Shown piece by piece: positions 56,115 to 64,000 of a stretch of DNA of 64,000 bases. Position 1 is the stretch's first letter, and every line of letters starts with the position of its first letter. A program made the translations under genes and the position numbers. The notes beneath the pieces are model-generated. The model was not told the origin of the DNA and searched no databases. It worked only from the letters and a program-made list of their open reading frames with translations. The stretch comes from an uncultured bacterium (GTDB taxonomy: Bacteria > Omnitrophota > Omnitrophia > Omnitrophales > Aquincolibacteriaceae), in assembly GCA_964606385.1 (NCBI GenBank), contig CAZSFZ010000004.1, forward strand, positions 47,344 through 111,343. Direction: 5' to 3'.

Positions 56115-56522
56115 ATGATGAAAATGAGGAGCAAAATGAAAAAAGGATTCACGCTGACGGAGATTCTGATAACGATATGTATCTTGGCGATCATGGCCGC
56201 GATCGCCGTCCCGACCTTCAATGCTGCCAGAACGAAGAACCAGGCGGCTCAAGCGATGTCTTATCTTCGTGCGATCCGTATGGCGGAAATGATGAATTAC
56301 TCGAAATGGGGGACCTACCAGTCCAACATCGCATCGTTGGGGGTTGAAACAGCCGGTTCTCCCTACGCTTTCACTTATCAGGTGTTGAACGCCGGAAATC
56401 CTACGGCCATTCCTCCTGTAAGACCGAGTTTTCGCCTTACTGCGACGGGGCCCGGAGGAACGATTACGCTCGATTCGGATGGGACTTGGGGCGGGACTTA
56501 CGCCCCATTGCCTGCGGCCTGA
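56115..56522 (+). CDS. Type IV pilin (PilA/GspG-like)
   Basis: ...MKKG|FTLTEILITICILAIMAAIAVPTF. Paralogue of the preceding gene. Exact start among four nearby ATGs is uncertain. Confidence 0.75.
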   Translation: MMKMRSKMKKGFTLTEILITICILAIMAAIAVPTFNAARTKNQAAQAMSYLRAIRMAEMMNYSKWGTYQSNIASLGVETAGSPYAFTYQVLNAGNPTAIPPVRPSFRLTATGPGGTITLDSDGTWGGTYAPLPAA

Positions 56523-56627
56523 CGATTGATCAAAGGTGGGGTCCTACAAGACGGCTTCATCTTGCGGTAAGGTGACTCAACGCGGGTTTTGAGTTTTTTT
56601 ATGAGATTCAAAATTGAGGGGAAAAAG

Positions 56628-57263
56628 ATGTTCTATCGGAATATTGGGATTTTAGCGGCTGTGTCCGTGTTTTTGTTTCTTGCTACTGCCCAAGCTGCCC
56701 GCTTGGAAAGGACAACGCAATACCCCTCTCCTGAGGGGGACTATCGAAGTTTGCTGACTACGGATCAGTCGTTTTTCATGACCAATAATACCGCGGGCAC
56801 GAGTTTGGGGATTGGGACCTCGGCCCCGACGAATATTACCGCCAATGATGGCGGTGCCAATGTTGATCTGCATATTACCGGGTCGATAGTTCAGGACGGA
56901 TGGGTGAATGTCATTGATGCTGGCGCGCCGAACTTCCAAAACAGTTGGACGGATTGTGCAAGCGCCTTGGGTTTCAATTCGGCCGGTTATTTCAGGGACA
57001 GAAATGGGATCGTCCACCTGAAGGGGGCCGTGCGGGGGGGAACGATCGATTCGACAATATTTACGTTGCCAGCCGGTTTCAGACCGAGCATGAACCAACT
57101 CTTTATTGTGCCTGTTCAGGCCTCAGGATCGACGTGTGCCGGTTATCGATACGGACGGCTTACTGTACTAACCAACGGCCGAGTGTACGCGGAACATCCC
57201 GTCGGAGTGACGCCCGTTGCGTTTGGCTTGGACGGAGTCACATTTAGAGCCGATGGATATTAA
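56628..57263 (+). CDS. Secreted protein, paralogue 1 of a tandem triplet (unknown family)
   Basis: RBS GAGGGG before ATG 56628. Signal peptide ending AQA. Conserved blocks GIGT.AP.NI..ND, GIVHLKG, LPAGFRP, LDGVTFRADGY shared with the next two genes. Confidence 0.65.
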   Translation: MFYRNIGILAAVSVFLFLATAQAARLERTTQYPSPEGDYRSLLTTDQSFFMTNNTAGTSLGIGTSAPTNITANDGGANVDLHITGSIVQDGWVNVIDAGAPNFQNSWTDCASALGFNSAGYFRDRNGIVHLKGAVRGGTIDSTIFTLPAGFRPSMNQLFIVPVQASGSTCAGYRYGRLTVLTNGRVYAEHPVGVTPVAFGLDGVTFRADGY

Positions 57264-57309
57264 AACCATGGGAAACGGCAAAAAAGGTTTTTTAGGAGGA
57301 TCCAAAGAA

Positions 57310-57933
57310 ATGCCTTGGAAGAAGATGTTTATAGCATTCAAGATATTTGTGATATTTGTGCTGCCAGCCGGCCTTGCGGATACAGGAAGCGTTGATGTTG
57401 CGACGTACTATCCTTCGTCGGATGCGACATATCCGACATTGCTTACCACGGGAACAACAACGATCGCCACGGACAATTCTTTCGGGAGAAACGTCGGCAT
57501 CGGGACCGCAGCGCCCGGAAATATTGGTGAGAACGACGCAGGAGGGGCTGGGGTCGATCTCAATGTGACCGGGACGATAGTTCAGGAACCGTGGACAAAT
57601 ATCGGTGCTATCAGTGCACCCGCCTTTCAGGGCGCTTGGGCTAATTATCCCGGTGCAACCTGGAATCAGGCCGGTTTTTTTCGTGATAAAAGCGGTATTG
57701 TGCATTTGAAGGGGTTGATCCGTTCAGGGGTTGTTCCTTCAACGGTCTTTAATTTGCCTGCAGGATATCGCCCTGCGCGAGAGGAGCATTTTTTCGTTTT
57801 GTCGCACAACAATTTAAACTATATAGACGGTCTGGTTGTTGTTTCGTCTGCGGGGGCCGTTTCCGTGGATTGCGGGGCCAGCGCCAATTTTGTTTCATTG
57901 GACGGTATTTCGTTTCGGGCAAATGGATATTAG
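57310..57933 (+). CDS. Secreted protein, paralogue 2 of a tandem triplet
   Basis: RBS AGGAGGA 8 nt before ATG 57310. Signal peptide. Same conserved blocks, ending LDGISFRANGY. Confidence 0.65.
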   Translation: MPWKKMFIAFKIFVIFVLPAGLADTGSVDVATYYPSSDATYPTLLTTGTTTIATDNSFGRNVGIGTAAPGNIGENDAGGAGVDLNVTGTIVQEPWTNIGAISAPAFQGAWANYPGATWNQAGFFRDKSGIVHLKGLIRSGVVPSTVFNLPAGYRPAREEHFFVLSHNNLNYIDGLVVVSSAGAVSVDCGASANFVSLDGISFRANGY

Positions 57934-57971
57934 CAGATAATTTCGCGATGGTTTGCGACTTGAGGTGGAAA

Positions 57972-58583
57972 ATGTCGTTTCGGAGCTTTGCTTGGATGAT
58001 CGTTTTGGCGTTGATGCTGCCGGCGCGAGGATGGGCCGGTTCGGTGGAACTGACCACCTATTTGCCCATGCCGCATGGCCGTTATAAGCGAGTGACCACC
58101 ACGGGGCAAACCAATTTTGCGACCGGTAATAATGCGGGACAAGCCGTTGGCATCGGGACTGCGACCCCTACGAATATTGCGGCGAACGATAGTGTTCCTA
58201 ATATCGATCTGCACATTACGGGAAATATCATGCAGGAGAATTGGAAGCTTATCGGAGCCGCGGGGCAGCCGGGTTTTCAAAGCGGTTTTGAAAATTGTCC
58301 CTCGGGATGGGGTTATAATTCAGCGGGTTTTTTTCGGGATAAAAACGGGATCGTGCATCTGAGGGGTTTGGTGCGAGGACCGCTTAACAGTACGGTTTTT
58401 CAATTGCCGGCGGGATACACGCCGGCGAGGAATGAACTTTTCGCTGTGATGTCCGCCGGTTCCGGTTCTCATAGCTGGTCGCGCCTTACGGTTCAATCCA
58501 ATGGGGTCGTGCTATTTCAGCACAACGGAGGCCCCGATTGGTACTGTCTGGATGGCATTACGTTTCGGGCGAGCGGATATTAG
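57972..58583 (+). CDS. Secreted protein, paralogue 3 of a tandem triplet
   Basis: RBS GAGGTGG before ATG 57972. Signal peptide (ARGWAGS). Same blocks, ending LDGITFRASGY. Confidence 0.65.
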   Translation: MSFRSFAWMIVLALMLPARGWAGSVELTTYLPMPHGRYKRVTTTGQTNFATGNNAGQAVGIGTATPTNIAANDSVPNIDLHITGNIMQENWKLIGAAGQPGFQSGFENCPSGWGYNSAGFFRDKNGIVHLRGLVRGPLNSTVFQLPAGYTPARNELFAVMSAGSGSHSWSRLTVQSNGVVLFQHNGGPDWYCLDGITFRASGY

Positions 58584-58655
58584 GATTTTCAAAGGCATTT
58601 GATTTTTTGAGAAGTAAAGTAAGGGTGAAGTTCCGTCCTTTTTATTTTGAGTTTG

Positions 58656-58684
58656 TTGACATTCCCGAAGTGCTTTTGTATGAT
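58656..58684 (+). promoter_or_regulatory. Near-consensus sigma70-type promoter upstream of guaB-like/guaA
   Basis: TTGACA-17 nt-TATGAT, about 110 nt upstream of ATG 58796. Confidence 0.5.
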
Positions 58685-58795
58685 ACCGCAAATGGGACAC
58701 GAATCATTTCGAGTTACTCACCTTTTTAAGCAAAATTCCGCAGGTGTTTCTTCTGCCCGCTCACTACTTTTTCACGACTAAGGGAGGAATCTGTC

Positions 58796-59956
58796 ATGTC
58801 AGTTTTTATCGGTAAGGACCGCAAAGCACGCAGGGCCTATGGTTTTGATGAGATCGCGCTCGTCCCGGGGGATATCACCATCAACCCCGAGGAAGTGGAT
58901 ATTCAGATGAAGATCGGGAAGATCATCTTTGATATCCCGTTCCTGGCATCCGCCATGGACGGTGTGGTGGACCCGAAATTCGCCGTTGCGATGGGGAAAC
59001 TTGGGGGTTTAGCCGTGCTGAACCTCGAAGGCATCTATACTCGCTACGACGATTATGAGACGATCTTGGATGAGATCGCGAAATCGTCCCCGGAAAAAGC
59101 GACGGAGCTTGTCCAGAAGCTCTACGTGAAGCCGATCGACGAGAAGTTGATTGCCAAGCGTATCCGGGAGATCAAAAAGGCCAAAGTGCCGTGTGCCGTG
59201 AGCGCGATCCCGCAGCGTGCTGAGAAATTCGGCAAGATCGCCGAAGAGGCCGGGGCGGATATCTTTGTGGTGCAGTCGACTGTTACGACGGTGCATCACA
59301 TCGCGAAAGCCTACAAGGTCGTGGATTTCAAGAAACTTTGTAAAGGGATGAAGATCCCCGTGATCCTCGGGAACTGCGTGACTTACAAGGTCGCGCTGGA
59401 ACTCATGGAAACCGGTTGCGCGGGACTTTTGGTCGGGATCGGGCCCGGTTCGGCCTGTACGACGCGCGGCGTGCTCGGGATCGGCGTGCCGCAGGTGACG
59501 GCCATCGCGGATTGCGCGGCGGCCCGCGAATTCCATCACAAGAAGACCGGTAAGTATGTTTCCATCATCGCGGACGGCGGCATGTCCACCGGCGGCGATA
59601 TCTGCAAATCCATCGCTTCCGGTGCGGACGCGGTGATGGTGGGATCCGCTTTTGCCCGCAGCAAGGAAGCGCCGGGCCGTGGTTTTCACTGGGGGATGGC
59701 GACACCGCACGCGAATCTGCCGCGCGGCACCCGGATCCGGGTTGGGACGACGGGGACGCTTGAAGAGATCCTGGTCGGGCCCGCGAAACTGGATGACGGG
59801 ACGCAGAACCTTGTAGGAGCGCTCCGCACTTCGATGGGGAACGTCGGCGCCCAGACCATCCGTGAGATGCAGCTGACCGAGATCGTGATCGCTCCGGCCA
59901 TCAAGACCGAAGGCAAAGTGTTCCAGTCCGCTCAAAAATTAGGAATGTGTAAGTAA
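58796..59956 (+). CDS. IMP dehydrogenase-family protein lacking the CBS subdomain (GuaB-related)
   Basis: IMPDH/GMPR TIM-barrel motifs (catalytic loop GIGPGSACTTR, phosphate loop GGMSTGGDICKSIASGADAVMVGS). Only 386 aa, so no room for a CBS pair. Confidence 0.7.
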   Translation: MSVFIGKDRKARRAYGFDEIALVPGDITINPEEVDIQMKIGKIIFDIPFLASAMDGVVDPKFAVAMGKLGGLAVLNLEGIYTRYDDYETILDEIAKSSPEKATELVQKLYVKPIDEKLIAKRIREIKKAKVPCAVSAIPQRAEKFGKIAEEAGADIFVVQSTVTTVHHIAKAYKVVDFKKLCKGMKIPVILGNCVTYKVALELMETGCAGLLVGIGPGSACTTRGVLGIGVPQVTAIADCAAAREFHHKKTGKYVSIIADGGMSTGGDICKSIASGADAVMVGSAFARSKEAPGRGFHWGMATPHANLPRGTRIRVGTTGTLEEILVGPAKLDDGTQNLVGALRTSMGNVGAQTIREMQLTEIVIAPAIKTEGKVFQSAQKLGMCK

Positions 59957-59958
59957 AA

Positions 59959-60034
59959 CAGGGACACGAGCTTCGGGCCACGCACCCCCTAGAACAAAGA
60001 GTGATCGTGGCTCGTGGATCGTGGCCCGTGGACC
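59959..60034. repeat. Family-2 palindromic element between guaB-like gene and guaA
   Basis: gggacacgagcttcgggccacgcacc-spacer-cgtggctcgtggatcgtggcccgtggacc. Confidence 0.65.
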
Positions 60035-60045
60035 GAGAAAATATT

Positions 60046-61584
60046 ATGGAAGAAACCATCGTCGTTCTGGATTTTGGATCGCAATACACGCAGCTCATTG
60101 CCCGCCGCGTTCGTGAGAACAAGGTCTTCTCGAAGGTCTATCCCTATTATGTGCCTTTTGAGCAGGTGCTTGCGGACAAGCCGAAAGGGATCATCTTTTC
60201 AGGGTCACCCGCCAATGTGTACGCCAAGAACGCTCCGATCCCGGACCGGCGTTTTTTTGTAAGCGGGATACCGATCCTCGGGATCTGCTACGGCATGCAG
60301 CTGCTTTCCCACAAGTTGGGCGGCCGGGTTCACAAATCCAAGAAGCGTGAATACGGCCTCGCCAAGCTCCATGTCGCCGGGAAAAGCCCTCTTTTTTCCG
60401 GGGTCCCAAAGGCCATCAATTGCTGGATGAGTCATGGAGATAAACTGGACCGCCTGCCCACGGGTTTTGAACGGCTGGCGTATACCGAGAACGCGCCCTT
60501 TGCCGCCATGGGGAACGCGAAGCTTAAAACATACGCGATCCAATTCCATGCCGAGGTCGTGCACACCGAATTCGGTTCCAAGATCCTTGGGAACTTCCTG
60601 ACCGGGATCTGCGGCTGCCGCCGGCACTGGACCCCCAAATCTTTTATCAAGGAAAGCGTTCGGAAGATCCGCCAGCAGGTCGGCAGCGACCGCGTCGTGC
60701 TCGGGCTTTCGGGCGGCGTGGATTCATCCGTCGCCGCGGGGCTGATCCATAAAGCCATCGGGAAAAAACTGACCTGTATCTTTGTGGATAACGGGTTGCT
60801 TCGCATGAATGAGGTCGCCCGGGTCGACAAGACCTTTCGCGGGCATTTCAAAATGAACCTCAAGGTGGTGGATGCCGAAAAGATCTTTTTGAAGCGCCTG
60901 AAGGGCGTGATCGATCCCGAGAAAAAACGGAAGATCATCGGAAAGACCTTTATCGATGTGTTTCAAAAGGAAGCCAACAAGCTCGGGAAGGTGCCGTTCC
61001 TCGCGCAGGGGACGCTTTATCCGGACGTGATCGAGTCGGTATCCTATTTTGGCGGGCCCACGAGCACGATCAAAAGTCATCACAACGTCGGCGGACTTCC
61101 CAAAGACATGAAGTTCAAGCTTGTCGAACCCCTCAAAGAACTTTTCAAAGACGAGGTTCGCGCGGTGGGATACGCGCTTGGGATCGATAAGGATATTGTC
61201 GGGCGCCAGCCTTTCCCGGGTCCAGGGCTTGCGGTGCGTATCCTGGGCGAGGTCCGCAAGGACCGTTGCGATCTTCTCCGGAAGGCCGACTGGATCGTGA
61301 TCGATGAGATCAAAAAGGCCGGCTATTATGACAAGGTATGGCAGTCTTTCGCCGTGCTGCTTCCGATCCAGAGCGTCGGTGTGATGGGGGATGAACGGAC
61401 CTACGAGAACGCCGTGGCGGTACGCGCCGTGACCTCCCAAGATGGCATGACCGCGGATTGGGCCAAACTGCCCCCGGAACTTTTGGGCAGGATCTCCAAC
61501 CGCATCATCAACGAAGTCCGCGGCATCAACCGCGTCTGTTACGATATCTCCTCAAAGCCCCCGGCCACGATCGAGTGGGAGTAA
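60046..61584 (+). CDS. guaA: GMP synthase (glutamine-hydrolysing)
   Basis: GATase N-terminus IVVLDFGSQYTQLIARRVRE, PP-loop SGGVDSSV, C-terminal dimerisation domain. ATG 60046. Confidence 0.9.
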   Translation: MEETIVVLDFGSQYTQLIARRVRENKVFSKVYPYYVPFEQVLADKPKGIIFSGSPANVYAKNAPIPDRRFFVSGIPILGICYGMQLLSHKLGGRVHKSKKREYGLAKLHVAGKSPLFSGVPKAINCWMSHGDKLDRLPTGFERLAYTENAPFAAMGNAKLKTYAIQFHAEVVHTEFGSKILGNFLTGICGCRRHWTPKSFIKESVRKIRQQVGSDRVVLGLSGGVDSSVAAGLIHKAIGKKLTCIFVDNGLLRMNEVARVDKTFRGHFKMNLKVVDAEKIFLKRLKGVIDPEKKRKIIGKTFIDVFQKEANKLGKVPFLAQGTLYPDVIESVSYFGGPTSTIKSHHNVGGLPKDMKFKLVEPLKELFKDEVRAVGYALGIDKDIVGRQPFPGPGLAVRILGEVRKDRCDLLRKADWIVIDEIKKAGYYDKVWQSFAVLLPIQSVGVMGDERTYENAVAVRAVTSQDGMTADWAKLPPELLGRISNRIINEVRGINRVCYDISSKPPATIEWE

Positions 61585-61588
61585 AACC

Positions 61589-61670
61589 GGGGGAACGGGG
61601 AACGTTGAACGGGCAACGTTAAAAAACCTATGATAAAATCTTTTTTTCGTTCCCCGTTAGCCGTTCCCCG
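61589..61670. repeat. Family-1 palindromic element between guaA and dnaE
   Basis: ggggaacggggaacgttgaacgggcaacgtt-A/T-rich spacer (aaaaaacctatgataaaatcttttttt)-cgttccccgttagccgttcccc. Confidence 0.7.
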
Positions 61671-61685
61671 AGAGACGCGTCAGTT

Positions 61686-64000
61686 ATGAGCCACAGCGAT
61701 TTCGTCCATCTTCACTGTCACACCGAATACAGCCTTCTTGACGCCACCTGCAAGATCCATGAGCTCATGACGCGCGCCAAGGAGCTCCGTTTTCCGGCGC
61801 TCGCTATGACCGACAACGGCAATCTCTTCGGCGCCATCCAGTTCTATTCCAAGGCCATGAAAGAAGGGGTCAAGCCCATCATCGGCATGAGCACCTACGT
61901 CGCGCCCGGTTCCCGTTTGGAGAAACAAGCGCACGGGATCAAGGAAGCCTCCTTTCACCTCACGCTTTTGGCGACGGATGAACAAGGTTATAGAAATCTG
62001 ATGAAGCTTGCGAGCATCGGGTACACCGAGGGCTTTTATTACCGTCCCAGGGTCGATAAAGAGGTCTTAAAAGAATACTCGAAGGGCCTTATCGCGCTTT
62101 CCGGCGGCCTGAAGGGCGAAGTCCCGTATTATCTTTATCATGATGAAATGCACGACGCGCGGAAAGTCGCGGAGGAATACGCCGGGATCTTCGGCAGGGA
62201 CCGTTTTTTCCTCGAGATCATGGAACACGGCCTCGAACCCCAAAAGAAGGTGATCCAGGGCTCCCAGAAGCTCGCCAAAGACCTCAAGCTCGGCATCGTG
62301 GCCACCAATGACGTGCATTACATTCACCAGAATCAGGCCATGGCGCACGACGCGTTGATCTGTATCGGGACCGGCGCGAAGCTCGATGAGCCGAACCGCA
62401 TGCGTTACCAGGGGGACCAGTATTACCTCCGGTCCGCGGAAGAAATGAAAAGCCTTTTTAAGGACATCCCGCAGGCGATCAGATCCACGATCGAGATCGC
62501 GGAGCGCTGTAACCTGGAACTCGATTTTAACAAGATCTTTCTTCCGCAGTTCGCGCCGCCGGACGGAAAGACGCAATCCCAGTACATGGAAGAACTTTGC
62601 TTCCGCTTCCTGCGCGAGCGTTTCGGCGGCGATATTCCTCCTGAGTATGAAGCGCGTCTCCGGACCGAGATCACGCTGATCAATAAAATGGGCTATATCA
62701 GCTACTTTTTGATCGTCTGGGATTTTATCCGGTTCGCCCGGGAAAAAGGGATTCCCGTGGGCCCGGGCCGCGGCTCCGCGGCGGGAAGTCTGGTCGCTTA
62801 TTCGCTCCATATCACGGATATCGATCCGATCAGGCACCATCTCTATTTTGAGCGGTTCCTGAACCCCGAACGCGTCAGCATGCCTGATATTGATATCGAT
62901 TTTTGCTATGAGCGCCGGGATGAAGTGATCGATTACGTGAAACGCAAATACGGGACCCAGAACGTCGCGCAGATCATCACGTTCGGGACGATGGCGGCCA
63001 AAGCGGCCGTGCGGGACGTGGGACGCGTGATGGGGATCCCTTATGGGGAAGTGGACCGGATTGCGAAGTTGATCCCGCTGGAGCTCAAGATCACGATCAA
63101 ACAGGCGCTGGAGCGTGAACCGGCGCTTAAAGAAATGGTTTCTTCGGATGCCCGGGTCGCGCAGCTCGTAGAAACATCCCAGGCGCTTGAGGGGCTTTCG
63201 CGCCACGCATCGATCCACGCGGCGGGTGTGGTGATCTCGGATGTGCCGCTCACGGAACATGTGCCGCTCTACAAGACCGAGGACCAGATCTGCACGCAAT
63301 ACACGATGAAGGACCTCGAAAAGATCGGCCTTCTCAAAATGGACTTTTTGGGCCTTAAAACCCTTACGGTGATCAGCGAGGCCGTGAAGATCGTTCAGAA
63401 GATGCGCGGCGTGAAGGTCGATATTGATCACCTCCCGGAAGACGATCCCGAGACCTACGAGATGCTCGCCAAGGGTGATGCGTTAGGCGTGTTTCAGCTT
63501 GAAAGTTCGGGGATGCGGGACCTGCTCAAGAAGATGAAACCGAGCCGTTTTGATCACTTGGTGGCCCTCCTTGCGCTTTACCGTCCGGGGCCTCTCGGAA
63601 GCGGCATGGTGGACGATTTCATCAAGCGCATGCGGGATCCCAAGCTTATTAAATATGATCATCCGGCCCTCGAGCCGAGCTTAAAGGAAACTTACGGCGT
63701 GATTCTTTACCAGGAACAGGTCATGCGCATCGTCAGCGACCTGGCCGGTTTTACGCTGGCCCAAGCCGACTCCTTGCGACGCGCGATCGGGAAAAAGATC
63801 CCGGAGGTCATGGCCAAGGAAAAGAAAGCTTTCATGGACGGCGCCATGAAGCGGGGCGCGAAGGAAAAGGTCGCGGAAAAGATCTGGGAACTTATCGATT
63901 ACTTTTCAGGATATGGTTTTAATAAATCCCATTCGACCGCGTACGCGGCGGTATCTTATCAGACCGCTTACCTTAAAGCGCATTTTCCCGTGGAATTTAT
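61686..64000 (+). CDS. dnaE: DNA polymerase III alpha subunit, N-terminal part (runs out of window)
   Basis: PHP domain MSHSDFVHLHCHTEYSLLD, then polymerase core motifs (GPGRGSAAGSLVAYSLHITDIDP). No stop before 64000. Confidence 0.85.
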   Translation, partial: MSHSDFVHLHCHTEYSLLDATCKIHELMTRAKELRFPALAMTDNGNLFGAIQFYSKAMKEGVKPIIGMSTYVAPGSRLEKQAHGIKEASFHLTLLATDEQGYRNLMKLASIGYTEGFYYRPRVDKEVLKEYSKGLIALSGGLKGEVPYYLYHDEMHDARKVAEEYAGIFGRDRFFLEIMEHGLEPQKKVIQGSQKLAKDLKLGIVATNDVHYIHQNQAMAHDALICIGTGAKLDEPNRMRYQGDQYYLRSAEEMKSLFKDIPQAIRSTIEIAERCNLELDFNKIFLPQFAPPDGKTQSQYMEELCFRFLRERFGGDIPPEYEARLRTEITLINKMGYISYFLIVWDFIRFAREKGIPVGPGRGSAAGSLVAYSLHITDIDPIRHHLYFERFLNPERVSMPDIDIDFCYERRDEVIDYVKRKYGTQNVAQIITFGTMAAKAAVRDVGRVMGIPYGEVDRIAKLIPLELKITIKQALEREPALKEMVSSDARVAQLVETSQALEGLSRHASIHAAGVVISDVPLTEHVPLYKTEDQICTQYTMKDLEKIGLLKMDFLGLKTLTVISEAVKIVQKMRGVKVDIDHLPEDDPETYEMLAKGDALGVFQLESSGMRDLLKKMKPSRFDHLVALLALYRPGPLGSGMVDDFIKRMRDPKLIKYDHPALEPSLKETYGVILYQEQVMRIVSDLAGFTLAQADSLRRAIGKKIPEVMAKEKKAFMDGAMKRGAKEKVAEKIWELIDYFSGYGFNKSHSTAYAAVSYQTAYLKAHFPVEF

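Noticed and set aside
4523-61670. Repeat families as a CRISPR array
   Set aside because: Copies are dispersed singly. Each is an internal palindrome of tandem hexamers, not evenly spaced direct repeats with unique spacers. No cas genes in the window.
62067-63431. 454-aa minus-strand ORF
   Set aside because: Antisense to dnaE, whose PHP and polymerase-core motifs read cleanly on the plus strand.

Overview
This is a compact, mostly plus-strand bacterial chromosomal segment from a Gram-negative-type genome (inferred from lpxA/lpxD, lspA/lgt and type IV pilins). The genetic code is standard. The GC content looks moderately high. The taxonomic guess is an uncultivated lineage such as Omnitrophota-like, and is inference only.

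Most genes are housekeeping:
- scpA (partial), scpB
- an aromatic amino-acid block: pheA, hisC, a DAHP synthase, tyrA
- rpsA, fabF, lpxA, tyrS
- an operon with 4-nt overlaps: ABC-2 transporter, GldG-like, DUF4340, YggS, ProC, YggT, PNP
- ileS
- a histidine kinase, a response regulator and an HD-GYP protein
- dksA-like, lspA, lgt, rluD
- a futalosine/menaquinone cluster: UbiD-like, UbiA-like, UbiX, MqnA, a radical-SAM MqnC/E, UbiE
- ridA, a CPBP protease, mrp, folE, lpxD
- a SurA-like protein
- five prepilin-like genes followed by three tandem secreted paralogs
- a GuaB-like protein without CBS domains, guaA, and dnaE (partial)

The outstanding feature is a single 14.7-kb ORF (9793-24513, 4906 aa). 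It has a signal peptide and several transmembrane segments. It also contains an apparently catalytically intact Glu/Leu/Phe/Val-dehydrogenase-like domain and a phosphohexomutase-like domain carrying all four family motifs.

This protein carries at least 22 copies of a short linear motif, R-[S/A]-E-[hydrophobic]-R. The motif is encoded by heterogeneous codons and sits at domain boundaries. This suggests a processed polyprotein or a modular assembly system.

A second pervasive signal is three families of short palindromic elements built from tandem hexamers: GGAACG/CGTTCC, GTGGCCCG/CGGGCCAC and GGCTAT/ATAGCC. They sit in intergenic gaps, at the 3' ends of tyrA and ubiX, and in-frame inside the giant gene.
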